NCBI GenBank assembly: GCA_964016885.1
Contig: OZ024740.1
Span: forward strand, 160,332,001-160,396,000
Direction of reading: 5' to 3'
Length of the DNA stretch: 64,000 nucleotides
Origin: Eledone cirrhosa
Lineage: Eukaryota
Positions 13,554 through 26,200 of this stretch are shown here, one piece after another (position 1 is the stretch's first letter; the number at the start of each line of letters is the position of its first letter). Made by a program: the position numbers and the translations under genes. A model generated the notes under the pieces. The model did not search any database, was not told where the DNA came from, and saw only the letters and a program-made list of their open reading frames with translations.

Positions 13554-14206
13554 ATATATGTATATGTATATATGTGTGTGTGTATACAAAATACATTAAA
13601 TTTAAGCCAAAATCTTGATGAGGGAGATATAAGTTAGAGACACTAAAATAAGTTAGATTCAATTATATAATTGTTTCTGTAATTAAGAAACAATGTTAAT
13701 TACCTCAATGAATTAAAACTACCAATATTGGAGGAATTATTCTGTCGTCGGGCAAAGATTCTTTGGAAGTAGGGAAAATATTGAATAAATAGCATACAGA
13801 CCATGTTGTTATTGAAACCACAAGTATGTTACCAACAGCAGGTGTCATTGAACTACTAAATGAATATATATATTTCAATATATTAGAGCAGTTGGGATAA
13901 TATATGAATGAAACTGGCATATTTTAGTTTGTCTAACATATATCCTCCGGATCAAGATTTTGGTCTAAATTTAATGTTTAATTGCTTCTCTGAGTTGATA
14001 TTTTATCTTTTAATTAAGATGACTGAATGTATTAGCGACAAATAGCTTACATATATACATATATATATATAAAAATAAAATTAGAATTTTATTTCTCACC
14101 CTAGCACAGCTGATGCACACATATATATAAATATGCACACATATATATATACACACATATATATAAATATACATATGTACGTATAGGTTATATCGAACCT
14201 TAATAA

Positions 14207-14383
14207 TTATTTCTACTTTTGGCCAGCAATTATCCCAGTTTATTACTGGTACTTTATTTTATTGACCCCGTAAGGATGAAAAGCAAAGTTAACCTCAACG
14301 GGATTTGAACTCTGAATATAAAGGGCCGTAACTCTTTGCTGCAAAGCATGGTGTCTGACCCTCTACCGATACTGCCAATCCAC
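14207..14383 (-). mobile_element. tRNA-derived SINE (family A)
   Basis: A/B boxes and the gctttt/gcctttcatccttacggggtc domain on the minus strand. Confidence 0.85.
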
Positions 14384-14663
14384 CTAATAATAATGCTCGA
14401 TAATGCTTGATTTGTTTACAAACAAATCAAGCATTATTATTAATGTTCAATATAACCCATATGTGTATGTATATATGTGTGTGTATGCATATATATATAT
14501 GTGTGTGTATATATATGTGTGTACATGTGCATACTTACATTTATATATATATATATATTAATATATTATATATATATATATATATAAATGAAGTAATTCC
14601 GTCGGAAAGGTACAGGAAAACGAGTGCTCTATGGAGGCTACAGAGCTTATTAGTTATGTAATA

Positions 14664-14809
14664 AACAACATAAGATAATTATTTCATTTACAAGTGGTTT
14701 CTTGAAAGCAGATGTTAGATCTGTTTCAGTCATCCTTAACGACTGAAGACAGATCTAACATCTGCATTCAAGAAACCACTGGTAAATGAAATAATTATCT
14801 TATGTTGTT
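14664..14809. repeat. ~68-bp-arm fold-back palindrome containing the 3' half of a hammerhead
   Basis: Arms pair around loop ATCCTTAAC (14732-14740); the right arm has GAAA-CCACTGG-TA at 14772-14784. Confidence 0.85.
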
Positions 14810-15214
14810 ATACTTTGGGAGGGTTATGTTGCCAATAAGAAACATACGCACCAGTTGCTTTCATTTCAATTTATTATAAATTAAATTTATAAATTTAGGA
14901 ATTTATAAATTTCCGGTTGATTGGTTGGTTCCACAACCAGATGATTGTTCATATATTGTCAAAGTTCTTTCGTCACACATTCTGTGACCTCTTCAGTGAC
15001 TGGGGATTCTTTTCTTTGTTTTTGTGCCTCTCCTTTGTTCTGTCCTACGCCATCTTGATGGAAATTTATAAATTTAATTTATAATAAATTGAAGTGAAAG
15101 CAACTGGTGCGTGTGTTTCTTATTGGCAACATGACCCTCCCAAAGTATAACAATATCGGTTTCAACACACGATTTCAGATAAAGAATCTTGCTAAACAAA
15201 TTCAGAAACGAAAT
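14805..15214 (-). mobile_element. Solo Penelope pLTR with an inverted partial pLTR copy (15062-15214)
   Basis: 14805-14896 is the reverse complement of ~15062-15153; the body matches the pLTR at 37880-38080. Confidence 0.85.
14958..15000 (-). ncRNA. Type I hammerhead in Penelope pLTR
   Basis: GTCA-CTGAAGA-G-GTCACA-GAATG-TGTGAC-GAAA-GAAC-TT-TGAC. Confidence 0.8.
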
Positions 15215-15736
15215 AACTTATGTTGTTTATTACATAAATATATATATATATATATTGTGTGTGTGAGAGAGAAAGAGAGTGGGGGAGAAAAAGATAGTCA
15301 GAAAGAGATTATGGGATGGTAGGAAACTAGTGAGGGGGGGGGGGGGGGGGTGACCAGAAATGAATGGTGCATTCGTGTTTTGCAGGAACGTAGGTGAATC
15401 CTTAGTGAAAATGTTCATGTTTATTTTGGGTTTTGCATTGTTTTTATTTTATCTATTGTGAGTTAGATTTTACTACAAATTGTATAAGCATCTACATTGA
15501 AGAAGCATGCTGTTTTTATAGAGATGCATGTAAACGAAACCCACAATTCATTCTGACAGAATTTGTTTCTGTGAAGGCAAGCATTACTTAGGTTTCCAAC
15601 TTTTTGACATGAGCCACTGGCTTGTTTGGCTGTGTGTATTATGGAAAATTGTCAGGTCCTTTACAAGCCAGCTGATAAATCAAATTAATTTGTCAGAGAA
15701 CATATAATTCTCTCACTCACTCCCTCTTCCCATTTG

Positions 15737-15778
<42 letters not shown>

Positions 15779-15925
15779 AGTATATGTTGGTTGTATACCA
15801 ACACCTCAGTATACAGATTGGAACACTCGACGAAGTGCGCAGGTTGGTTTGGTTAGTTACTCCAGAGTAATGTAAAATAAACTAAAATAAATAAGTCAAA
15901 TATTTAAAATTTGGCTTCGTTTATT

Positions 15926-15980
15926 ACTGCTATATATATTTTGGTGACAGCCATCTTTGGCTGTGACCTCTTCAGGCAGT
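15926..15980 (-). ncRNA. Type I hammerhead, GAAA changed to AAAA
   Basis: ACTGC-CTGAAGA-GGTCACAGCCA-AAGA-TGGCTGTCACC-AAAA-TATATA-TA-GCAGT. Confidence 0.7.
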
Positions 15981-16964
15981 CCGAATTAGTGTGGTATAGA
16001 CAAGTACACATGTTGTTGAGGTGTTTAACTTTGTCAATACTCTGATATGCCCAGTTCCTGGTTGGGTTGTTATTTCACTGAGGAACTACCTTTATAAGGG
16101 ATGGTTAAACTTAGAATGCTCTTTAGAGACAGTTTTGGACTAAACAACAAGTGTTTCTACCTTTTCAAGGATATAAGGAAGTCTCTTGGCTCCTTAGATT
16201 GACTAGACTCTCAGATGGCTTTATATACTTCCATTCTTCCATTGTTATGTCCATGAATTCTTAGCAGCCTATTAGATTTTAGGCACAAATCTAACAATTA
16301 TGGGGGAAGGGAAGTGGGTTAGATCAACCCCAGTACATTCCTTTTTATAGAGTTGGTATTCAAATACCTTTTTAGCTTGGTTGGGGCTGATAGGGTATAC
16401 ATTCGGTTACCAGACAGCCATTACCACTGTTACACTGCTGAGAGACACTGCAGTTAAATTTCACAACAAATAGAGAAGATAGAAATATGAAAATGAAGTG
16501 AAGTAAAATCTTTCGAACAGGATAACATAATTAGCACATCATTGTTTCTTACTGATACTCAGCACAATCTGTCTTTTATTTTAAAAACTTTGTCCTCTCA
16601 AACTAAATAAATAAAATACCAGTCTAGAGCAGTTAACAAATGGAATTGTTATTTATCTTGTGATATTTTTCTGAGTTCAAAACCTGCTGTGATCTACTTA
16701 GTAGATTTGATCCATCACCTAGCTTAACAGCCCCATAGAGATCTTGGTTGCCTTTAGCAGTTGTTGTAAATGTATGAGCCAGATATCAGCTTTGAAGATA
16801 CTTTGCTCTCTTTCTGTCTCAGGGACACAGAAAATGATCATCATGGACACTGACCTTCCTCCAAACTAAGTTATAAAAGAAACTATTGCCATTATTCTGA
16901 TACTCTGATGTTATATATCTTCTGTATGTACTGATACTATTGGGAGGGATTGATAGGTGAAGGG

Positions 16965-17110
16965 ATTGCTGTGTGGTTAAGAGGTTTGCTTCACAAGTAC
17001 ATCACTCTGTGTTCAGTCCTCCTGCATGGCAATTTAAACAAAAGCATTCCGCCATAGCCTTGGGTTGACCAAGTGGAATTTGGTTGATGGGAACTATTGA
17101 ACCTCATTGT
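16965..17110 (+). mobile_element. Degenerate tRNA-derived SINE (family B); related copies ~39315-39460 and ~53790-53930
   Basis: gctgtgtggttaaga A-box-like head, gttcagtcc B-box-like motif, shared ctatagcctt/ggaaac blocks. Confidence 0.5.
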
Positions 17111-17653
17111 GTATATATCTATATATATATCTAAAAAAAATACCTGGGACAAATATAGGAAACAGAAAACTCAGAAGAAACAAGCACATGGACAGTTTCT
17201 GCTCATCAGTTGTCTTCTGGGGATCATTGTAGTTTCAGTGGTTTTAAAAGACAGGACTATTCACTAGTATATCAATTAGTATCCAAAGATATCTAGGCCA
17301 GATGAAAACATTACAGATTTTGGGCAAAAGAAAAGATGAAATATCATTGTACGGATATGACATAGAAAAATTGCTATAATCGAAAGCAACTAACAAATGT
17401 GGGTAGGTAACCATAATAGGAATGAAGAATTAATACAAGTTAGTTCCAGCAATCACCCTAGAACTATTATTGAGAGGTAAGAAGAGGTGTAAATGAATTA
17501 ACCAAGTCAGCAGTCAAATCACAAAAGAATGAGACAGGCTTGAAAGGAAGTGGTGAGTAGGGCATTTTAAGAACTGTGAGAGAGGGAGAAAAAAGAGAGA
17601 TAGATGGATATATAGAGAGAAATAGAGATAGATAGATAGACAGACAGGATGAA

Positions 17654-17684
<31 letters not shown>

Positions 17685-18794
17685 TTATATCTGTGTTTGT
17701 GGTTGGTTACTTTGTTTGCCTCCCATAATGTAGTGTTTCAACAGAGTTTTGAAAAAATAAGTACTGGAGTTTGTATGATCAACAAAATCAAGATAATGTC
17801 CAAGCATGACACAGTCTAAGAAAAAGAATACTCTGATACTCAACAGTATATATTCTATACCTTTACTGGTAAACTACTACACAACATTACACATATCTTC
17901 GCTATCTTCACTGATAAGCCACACTATTTCCCTGATACTATATAATCTCTATAGTTACTCATACTTTCATACTCAACACTATGTCCTCTATTTTCCTAAT
18001 AATATGATCCTCAACACTAAGGGTCCTCTATCTTTCTGATACTCTGATCCTCAACTTTATATAGGTTTTATCTTCCTGATACATTGATAACACTACATGT
18101 CCCTTTATTTTTACTGATACTCTATTAAGCAGAATTATATGTTCACCTGGTAAACAACATAATTTGTCATCTATATTTACTGATACTGTCATAATCAACA
18201 CTATTTGTCCTAGATCGTCTTCTGTTTCTGTTGCACAAGTGTTTGACATACTTGTATCTATAAATCAAAAATGCCTAAGACATACAGACAGCTAATAATA
18301 ATTTTGAGACAAAAATAATTTGATTGTTGTGAATTATATTACATTTATAAACTAAGAGTTGTTTTCTTTACTTGTGTAATGGTGGTGGTGATGGCTGTAA
18401 TGGCAGTAGTAGTAGAAGAGAATTTTTGTGATGGTAATAGTGGTAGTAGTGGTATTGGTGATTGTGAGAGTGGTGGTGGTAGCAAAGACATCTAGTGAAT
18501 AGATAAATGATGAAAATGATTGAAGAACCAAGTTTATGTGAAGTATGACCATTACAGTCTTTTGTTGCTATAAACTCTTTGAATTATATTATTAACTAAG
18601 TTCTTTACTTTATCTCCAAAGACAACAGAGATGTTCTTATAAAAACAAACCATTAGGAGGAACATCTTTTTTATAGAACTTAGTCATTTAAGACAAAATT
18701 AATATACAATTATAATATTTACTATGTTATTGACAAAATGGCAGCTTAATAATCTCTCCAGGTACTGAAAGCAAACTGAAGCTAAAGTTATTTT

Positions 18795-18834
<40 letters not shown>

Positions 18835-18837
<3 letters not shown>

Positions 18838-19050
18838 GAAGGTAAACAGAAATAACAACACAATCGGTACAGTATATGGAAAGTATATATTAGGTTAACG
18901 CTTGATATAGCAGGAAGAGGGTCTTAACGTTTCGGACGCTAGTCCTTCATCAGAAGAAAGAATGATAAATAAAATAGATTAAGGGGATGGGCGGGAAGGA
19001 ATTGGAAAAAATGTCTTTAGATAAAAATAATAGGTCCATTCATGTTGACA
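18835..19050 (-). mobile_element. ~215-bp non-coding hammerhead mini-element, copy 2
   Basis: Same termini as 5194-5410; TA tracts on both sides. Confidence 0.8.
18922..18957 (-). ncRNA. Minimal type I hammerhead with intact core
   Basis: TCTT-CTGATGA-A-GGAC-TAGC-GTCC-GAAA-CG-TT-AAGA; the stem III region is the palindrome AACGTT. Confidence 0.85.
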
Positions 19051-19075
19051 TCTCTTTATATATGTATATATATAT

Positions 19076-19367
19076 CAGGGGCGAAGGGTGCGAGCATGCA
19101 ATGTATGTAGTGAATGCGTTATAGAATCTTGAGTTAATCAATTACGTCAGTTGAAGTAAGCAGAATTTTGGCTGGTTACTAAATCGTAGACACATAAAAA
19201 GATAACATACACACTCACACACACACACACTAGATAACACTACATGCGGCTTTGACCGGGAGGGTCATTTAGAGGGAATTGGGGGGGAGGGTAATGCTGC
19301 ACAGTCCCACTTTCCGCCATGGCGATTGGACTGCATGCCCTGCTTTCCAGGTTACCCTTCGCCACTG
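19076..19367. mobile_element. hAT-like MITE
   Basis: 14-bp TIRs CAG(G/T)GGCGAAGGGT; ATATATAT on both sides is compatible with an 8-bp TSD. Confidence 0.65.
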
Positions 19368-19419
19368 ATATATATATATAAAGATACACACACCAACTGT
19401 ACTTGTCAGTTGCAGAATA

Positions 19420-19763
19420 GATGATAAGGCAATTAAGGATATGAAGACAGGCAAACAAACTGAACCATCATGGATAGTTGCTGAAATGCTGAAAGCAACT
19501 ATCAGAAACCAAATGTTACAAAATGGTGTCATGCCTAATGGCTGGTGTAACAGCAGCATTATCAACTGGTACAAGGACAAAGGAAATGCACTAGACAGAA
19601 GAAGCTTCTGAGGCATAAAATTGATGGATCAGATCATGAAAGTTACAGAAAGAGTTATTACACAGCTGCTTTGGAATCAAATTCACCAGGATGAGATGCA
19701 GTTTGGATTTGTACTGTGTAAAAGTATGACTGAATGGAAACCCTCTTCTTTGTGAAGCAACTG

Positions 19764-19765
<2 letters not shown>
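19420..19765 (+). pseudogene. Decayed RTE RT fragment (family of 23243-27749)
   Basis: KAIKDMKTGK..., GIKLMDQIMKVTERVI, DEMQFGFV. Confidence 0.8.
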
Positions 19766-19811
<46 letters not shown>

Positions 19812-19821
19812 TAGCACATAT

Positions 19822-20240
19822 ATATGTTGGACCTCTCTCAGTTCCAACAATGACATGTTCCAGTTGTTTAAACAATGGAACAACCTGCTGATGAAATTAA
19901 TGAGAGATCCCTAGTTCTCGTTAGGACATCATTCTAGGAGCATGAAAATTCTGATGTAAAACCTGTGACTCAATAGCAGCCAATGGTCTTCTTTTTGGAT
20001 ACCTATCACCATTGTTCAGAGGGTGGAATTGGTCCAGTGCAAGGCTTTTCTTCACTTAAAAAACGCTTCAAGTACAGGTACCACTTGATCTAAATGACTT
20101 TCACATGTGTTGTGTGAACATGGCTTTTTTTTTCTTTTTTCTTTTGCCACAACACATACAGAAAAGAACTTAAGTCCTTGGCAGGGCTAAAAGTCATGTT
20201 CATCCCCCACCTCTCATGCACGAGGAAAAGGTTAAGGGAT
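19822..20240 (+). mobile_element. Short RTE-derived non-autonomous element
   Basis: Ends with KSLAGLKSH-coding sequence shared with 62020-62046; follows a TA tract. Confidence 0.45.
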
Positions 20241-20293
20241 GGCAATTCTCAAAACTGAAATGCAGCAATTGATATATTATATATATATGTATA

Positions 20294-21880
20294 CTAGCGA
20301 TCTCACAGCCTTCATCTTGGTCTGTACTATACCCAAATCTATTTATAAGGCACCTATTGACATCTGTTGTCATGTCCATTTTCCTTAGATTAAAAGATAT
20401 TTAAAAGTATTTACATATTGCATAACATAATTTTAAAATTTATTTAGAATATCTAAATAATGAAAAAATAATAGAAAAATGTATTCTGCAAAAATTATAA
20501 AACAATTACAGAACTTCAATATAAACAATGATTTTAGCATTGATAGATTTATAGGTGTGGCTACATCTAAGGATCATTTGTGAGAGATTTTGTTGATGGA
20601 ATTCACTGTGATGTTTTGGAGGCCACTCCTGATTGGAATAGTAGATTTGGAAATTGGGAAACAATTAATTAAGCTTACAATGCTTTCCATAACAGTACAA
20701 AATGATGAAGGATCAAAGCATCTTCACTGTCAAGGGATTTCATTTCTATAAATTTAAATGGCTGAGAGGTGTTTATCTGTAACTCTGAGTGTCCCTTCCC
20801 TTCTGACCTCTGTTATTTGCACTGAAGAAATCTTGGAGGCTGGGAAAGTTTCCCGTTGCCCCTACCCCTATTTTCATTTACACAAAAGGTGATATATAAT
20901 AAAGAAAGAAAATAATAGAAAAATGTATTCTACGAAAATTATAAAACATTTACAGAACTTCAGTATATACAGTGTTTTTAACTTTTTCTTTGGAGCATAT
21001 ATGAAGAGATTGTGGGGTCTTCTTGTCTGGAATAACCTACATACAATTGACTATGTGATAAACATACCTTTTCTCTATGAAGACCGATAACCTGCAGGGT
21101 TGAAATTGGGACTTGTCATTGGTAATTGTGCAACTGATTCTCACTGGGAATTGTAATCATTTGGAATGAAAGGGGACATATGTTGCTATTAGCGGCATTC
21201 TAAGTATAAATGCAATATTTCTCTTACCACATCCAGTGAGCATTTTGGCTTCGATAATGGGAGGCTGTAGTTCAATCACAATCATATGTATCCCATTGCA
21301 CAATCTTGGCTGATCCAAGTTTCTGAGAAGCATGGTGACTGTGCCCTTGTCCAATTCAAGATTGTGTGGCAGTAAGCCAGATTGTTTTATCTGCTAATTA
21401 ACAGACATATATCTTTAGCTGTAGAGGCCTGTGTGTCAAATTGTTATTGATTACTTTAAAATTCATTCTCCAACAGGTCGATATCGTCAGTATATTGACA
21501 GTCACCAACCCAGGGCTTTAATAGCCACCTCTATTTCAGGCTCAGTGTTAATGTTGAAATCATGTTCAACCAGGAGAAATTTTTTACTTGCTATTCTGTT
21601 TTCAACTCTATTCTGTATCATGCTACATTCATTCTGCTGTTAATTAAATCTAGCCAGTTAAATCCACATATATAAACAAAATAATTCCCATATACACACA
21701 CGTGCACACACACAAACAATATAAAAGACTGACAGACAAGCACACGTACACACATACACAAACAGAAGCAATAATGCGGGTCAAATTAGTTGAAAACACA
21801 CGATAAACCGTAATTATTATTAATTTTATTTAGTGTTGTTAGTGGTCAACATACAAACTTCCTTTTTATAAGGATATAGA
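20294..21880 (-). mobile_element. Internally deleted Helitron with PIF1-like helicase remnant (~21000-21390)
   Basis: 5' TCTATATCCTTATAAAA, 3' CTAG. Translated remnants PHNLELDKGTVTMLLRNLDQPRLCNG, QFPVR..TITNDKSQ, SHSQLYVGYSR. Confidence 0.75.
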
Positions 21881-22795
21881 TATATACATACAGATAGAGA
21901 GAAAAAGAGGTAGTGAGAGAAAGAGAGAGGGAGTGAGTCAGATATCAAGCCAGTTGACAATAAAGGTAGAAAAGTTTTAGTTAGAGGGAAGAAGAGGTGG
22001 TTTGAGTGAGAGCTGTAGTATTTCCCTCTCTCTACATTGATAGCACGATGGACAGAGACACAGTAATTGTGTGCTAGAAATAGCAGTAAATTGTCCTCCA
22101 TCCCCTCATTCCATTTCTGGAAAAAAAATTTACAGTTAGCTTGATGGAGGTCATATTAAAACATGCAAAACCTTAATTATCAATCTTATTTAGTGTTATT
22201 AGCAGTCAACTTACATACAAGCTTCCTTTTTATAAAGATATAGATATGTTTATGTATATGCCCAGATGATGTGCATAGGTAGCAAACATCTTCAAATCCG
22301 AAAGCAACTATTATGCATGTCAGTGGCTGCACTTTCCACAAATAAAACGCTGTTAGCAGAAACTTAGAGGAGAGTGAATGAGAGAGAGACAGACAGAACA
22401 CAGTAAGAATATTCAAATATAGTGGACCATTGCATTGCGGATTGGAATAACACAAATATTCATAAATGCAGATATGTTTAATGTAACCCATTAACATTAT
22501 CTTAGTCAAGATGTATCTGGGATACAAGTAACAAAAGCACAATGTCTTTCATGACTTATACTATAGGAGGCACATAAATACTAGAGTTTTACAAAGAGAG
22601 AAAGAAAAGAAGAAATATCAATGTCTTTTTCTGTCTGTGAGAATTACTAACATAGCAAACAATAATATATATATACATATATATAGAAATAATGCAATAA
22701 TAATAGTAACAATAATATATATATATACATATATATAGCAATAATGCAATAATAATAACAATAATATATATATACATATATATAGCAATAATAAT

Positions 22796-22834
<39 letters not shown>

Positions 22835-22945
22835 AATTAGTATATCTAGTAACATATATATACACAGATGCATACCTATGTTAGCAAATATATAGGTTTT
22901 GTCTTAATAACTATGTGGTTCAATGCATGGGGTTGCAGAACAATA

Positions 22946-23189
22946 ATATGAGAGACGTAAAATAAGAAAATTATAAAATTAACTTACTTACTTAAATTTC
23001 ACTCCCAACTAATTAGTTTCTGAAAGGGATTAAACGTACTATCCGAAGAGAGCACGGAGAAGCCTTCCCTGATGATGAAAGGCTTCTCCGTGCTCTCTTC
23101 GGATAGTACGTTTAATCCCTTTCAGAAACTAATTAGTTGGGAGTGAAATTTAAGTAAGTAAGTTAATTTTATAATTTTCTTATTTTACG

Positions 23190-23199
<10 letters not shown>
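22946..23199. repeat. 121-bp-arm palindrome with CTGATGA-T-GAAA at the apex
   Basis: 22946-23066 is the reverse complement of 23079-23199 (no mismatch seen); loop CCCTGATGATGA; followed by (TA)n. Confidence 0.95.
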
Positions 23200-23238
<39 letters not shown>

Positions 23239-23242
23239 TATA

Positions 23243-26200
23243 TCATCATCATCATCATCATCAACGTTTAACGTCCGTGTTCCACGCTTGCATGGGTTTG
23301 GACGGGGGTAGTCCCACTTGAGGCAAGAGTGATTGTCTTGCTCGCATAGGACTGTCTGGCAGGTTTTCTACAGTTGGATGCCCTTCCTAACACCAACCAC
23401 ATTTACAGTGTGGGTCTGGGAGGTTTTTACCGTGTTGCCTACACGGCCACATTACAGCGTGGACTCTGTGTTTTTTTGTCGTGACACCTACACGATCTCA
23501 TTTGTTTCGGCCTGGATGGCGCGGCACCAACATAACTTTACATAGAACGGGGTGGTGTGGATGGGGTGGGGGTGGTGGCGGGACGGGGTGTATTTTGTTA
23601 GAGATGCCTACTGGCAAGGCGGGTCTTCTCTGTTACTGAGTACCGCCAAAGGTCTCGGTCCAGTGACATTGTCTTGGAGAGGTGTAAGTGTGTGAGGTCG
23701 GAGTTTATCAGCTCGTCCCAGGTTTTTCTAGGTCTGCCTATTCCGTGGCTACCGTCTATCTTTATTGCCCTGCACTTTGTTATACAGCTATCGACTTTCA
23801 TGCGCATCACGTGTCCATACCAACGTAGCCTTCTCTCGAGTAATCAAATTCTGATCCCTCTTATTTCTAATTTTTTCCTTAGTTCGTTTATGCTTTGCCG
23901 TTCACGTATATTACTGTTACACATCCAGCGGAGCATGCAAGCTTCGTTCCTCTCTAGTCTGCGTATATCCTCTGCACACAATGCCCAGGTCTCACTGCCA
24001 TGCAACATTGCTGTTCGTATGCAGGCATCGTACAACCTGCCTTTCATTTTTAGGGAGAACCCTTTAGCAGCTAATAGTGGTATAAGCTCTCTGAACTTTT
24101 TCTAACCAGTTCTGACTCTAGCTACAGTACTTTCAGAGCACCCAACCCCACTGCTGATTTTATTGCCCAGGTAACGGAAGCTGTCCACTATTTCTATAGA
24201 ACCCTCTGCGCAATTGAAAGAGCTAGTATTTTGTGGGCACTTGCTGCTACTTATTGCACCAGAACACCGGCCACATGTAAAATCTATGTTCTTAGTTAGC
24301 TTACCTGTGATCCCACTACATCTTTTATGCACCCATACTTTGCATTTAGGACATAAAATGGAGTTTCTACCTACGCCTTTCCTACACACCGAGCACGACC
24401 ATTTCCCAGAAGGGACCGCCGCCTTGTTTTCTTTCCTACAAACTAGAACTTTGGTCTTAGCCAGGTTAATTTTAAGTCCTTTTGACTCTAGGCCGTGCTT
24501 CCATGTTTGGAATTTCTTCTCTAGCTCGGCCATTGATTCCGCTATGAGTGTCAGGTCGTCTGCGTATAGGAGTTCCCATGGGCAGCCTGTCTTGAACTCC
24601 TCTGTTATAGCCTGAAGGGCAATAATAAATAGTAGGGGGCTGAGATCAGAGCCCTGATGGACGCCAACTTTTACGCTAAACTCTTCACTATATTCGTTGT
24701 TAATTCTGACCTTGCTGACTGTTTCTTTATACATGGCTTGTATAGCCTTCACAAGCCATTCGTCAACGCCTAGTTTTCTAAGAGCCCACCAGATAATGGA
24801 GCGGGGGACTCTGTCGAAGGCTTTCTCCAGGTCGACAAAAGCTAAGTAGAGGGGTTTACCTTTAGCTAGGTACTTCTCCTGTAGTTGTCGTACTATGAAA
24901 AGAGCGTCTGTGTTGCTTTTGCCTGACACAAACCCGAACTGCATTTCATCTAGGTCAATTCTCTTTCTGATTAGTTGCGCTATTACTTTTTCCGTGACCT
25001 TCATGACCTGGTCGATTAATTTAATGCCTCTATAGTTACTCCTATCTAGGGCGTCTCCTTTACCCTTATAACAGTTAACGATGATGCTGCTATGCCAGTC
25101 CTTCGGAACAACCCCATTCTGTACGACTTGGTTAACTATGCGGGTGACCATGGTGTGTCCCACCGTGCCAGATGCCTTCAGCATCTCAGCAACTATTTCC
25201 GAAGGCCCAGCCGCCTTACCCGTCTTCATATCCTTGATTGCCTTACTTATTATACTCCCCTCGACTAACACTGCTGGTCCCTCTATTGGGTCGATATGGG
25301 GGAGAATGTCTTTCTCCCATTTATTCTCCTCATTTAGTAGCCTTTCATAGTGACACTTCCAAGCTACCTTCTTATCAGTGTCGGTGATGGCAAGTATGCC
25401 ATCATCGTTAAGTACACACTTCTCCCCGACAATATCATGGTTTTCCTTGACGCATTGCCTAGCAATCCTGAACACCTCACGTTTTTGGTCATCGCGTTGT
25501 AGAACATGCTTGAACTTTCTTTCCTCAGCTTCCCTTCTTGCTAAGTACACTTCTCTCCTAGCTTCCCTCCTGGCCACTTGATAGTCTACTCTACTTCCCC
25601 CATCCCGCCATACTTTCCAAGCCTGCTTTTTGGCCTTAATTGACCCCTCCACCTTACTGTTCCACCACCATGTTACTCTCCTCCTGCCTACAGGCCTGCT
25701 CCAGCCACAGACTTCGTCTGTCGCCAACAGCAGGTTTGCTTTCAGAAATTCCCACTGTCCCTCTATATTGTCCGACTCTAGATGCTCTTCCTTACTGTCG
25801 AAAGCATCAAGTAATATGCTTTGAAATTTATTTCTGGCTGTGGGGTCCTTTAGCTTCCATATTTTCCTCCTGAGGATAGTCCTCTTCTGCTGTCGAGTAC
25901 GTCTCGTCCTGACTATGAGGTCGCTAATTATCAGTCTATGTTGGTAGGTGCATTCTTCATGGGGGAGGGATTTAGTGTTTACAACAGACACTCTGTCACG
26001 TCTTCTGGTAAGGATATAATCTACATGGCTTGTGTGTTCCCCGGATCTATAGGTGATCAGGTGATTGTCACGTATTTTGAAGTTAGTGTTACAGATAGTT
26101 AGGTTATTTGCATCACAGAATTCCAGGATTCTGGAGCCTTCCTCATTTCTAGTACCAAACCCATAGCCTCCATGGATTTCGTCGTAGCCGTCACAATGTT

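Noticed and set aside
17185-17215. CTGATGA-GCA-GAAA on the minus strand (similar cases at ~42063 and ~47110)
   Set aside because: No stem II or stem I pairing.
19885-19945. CTGATGA-hairpin-GACA hammerhead-like motif
   Set aside because: GAAA is absent, stem III cannot pair, and it lies in an RTE-derived repeat head; probably coincidental.
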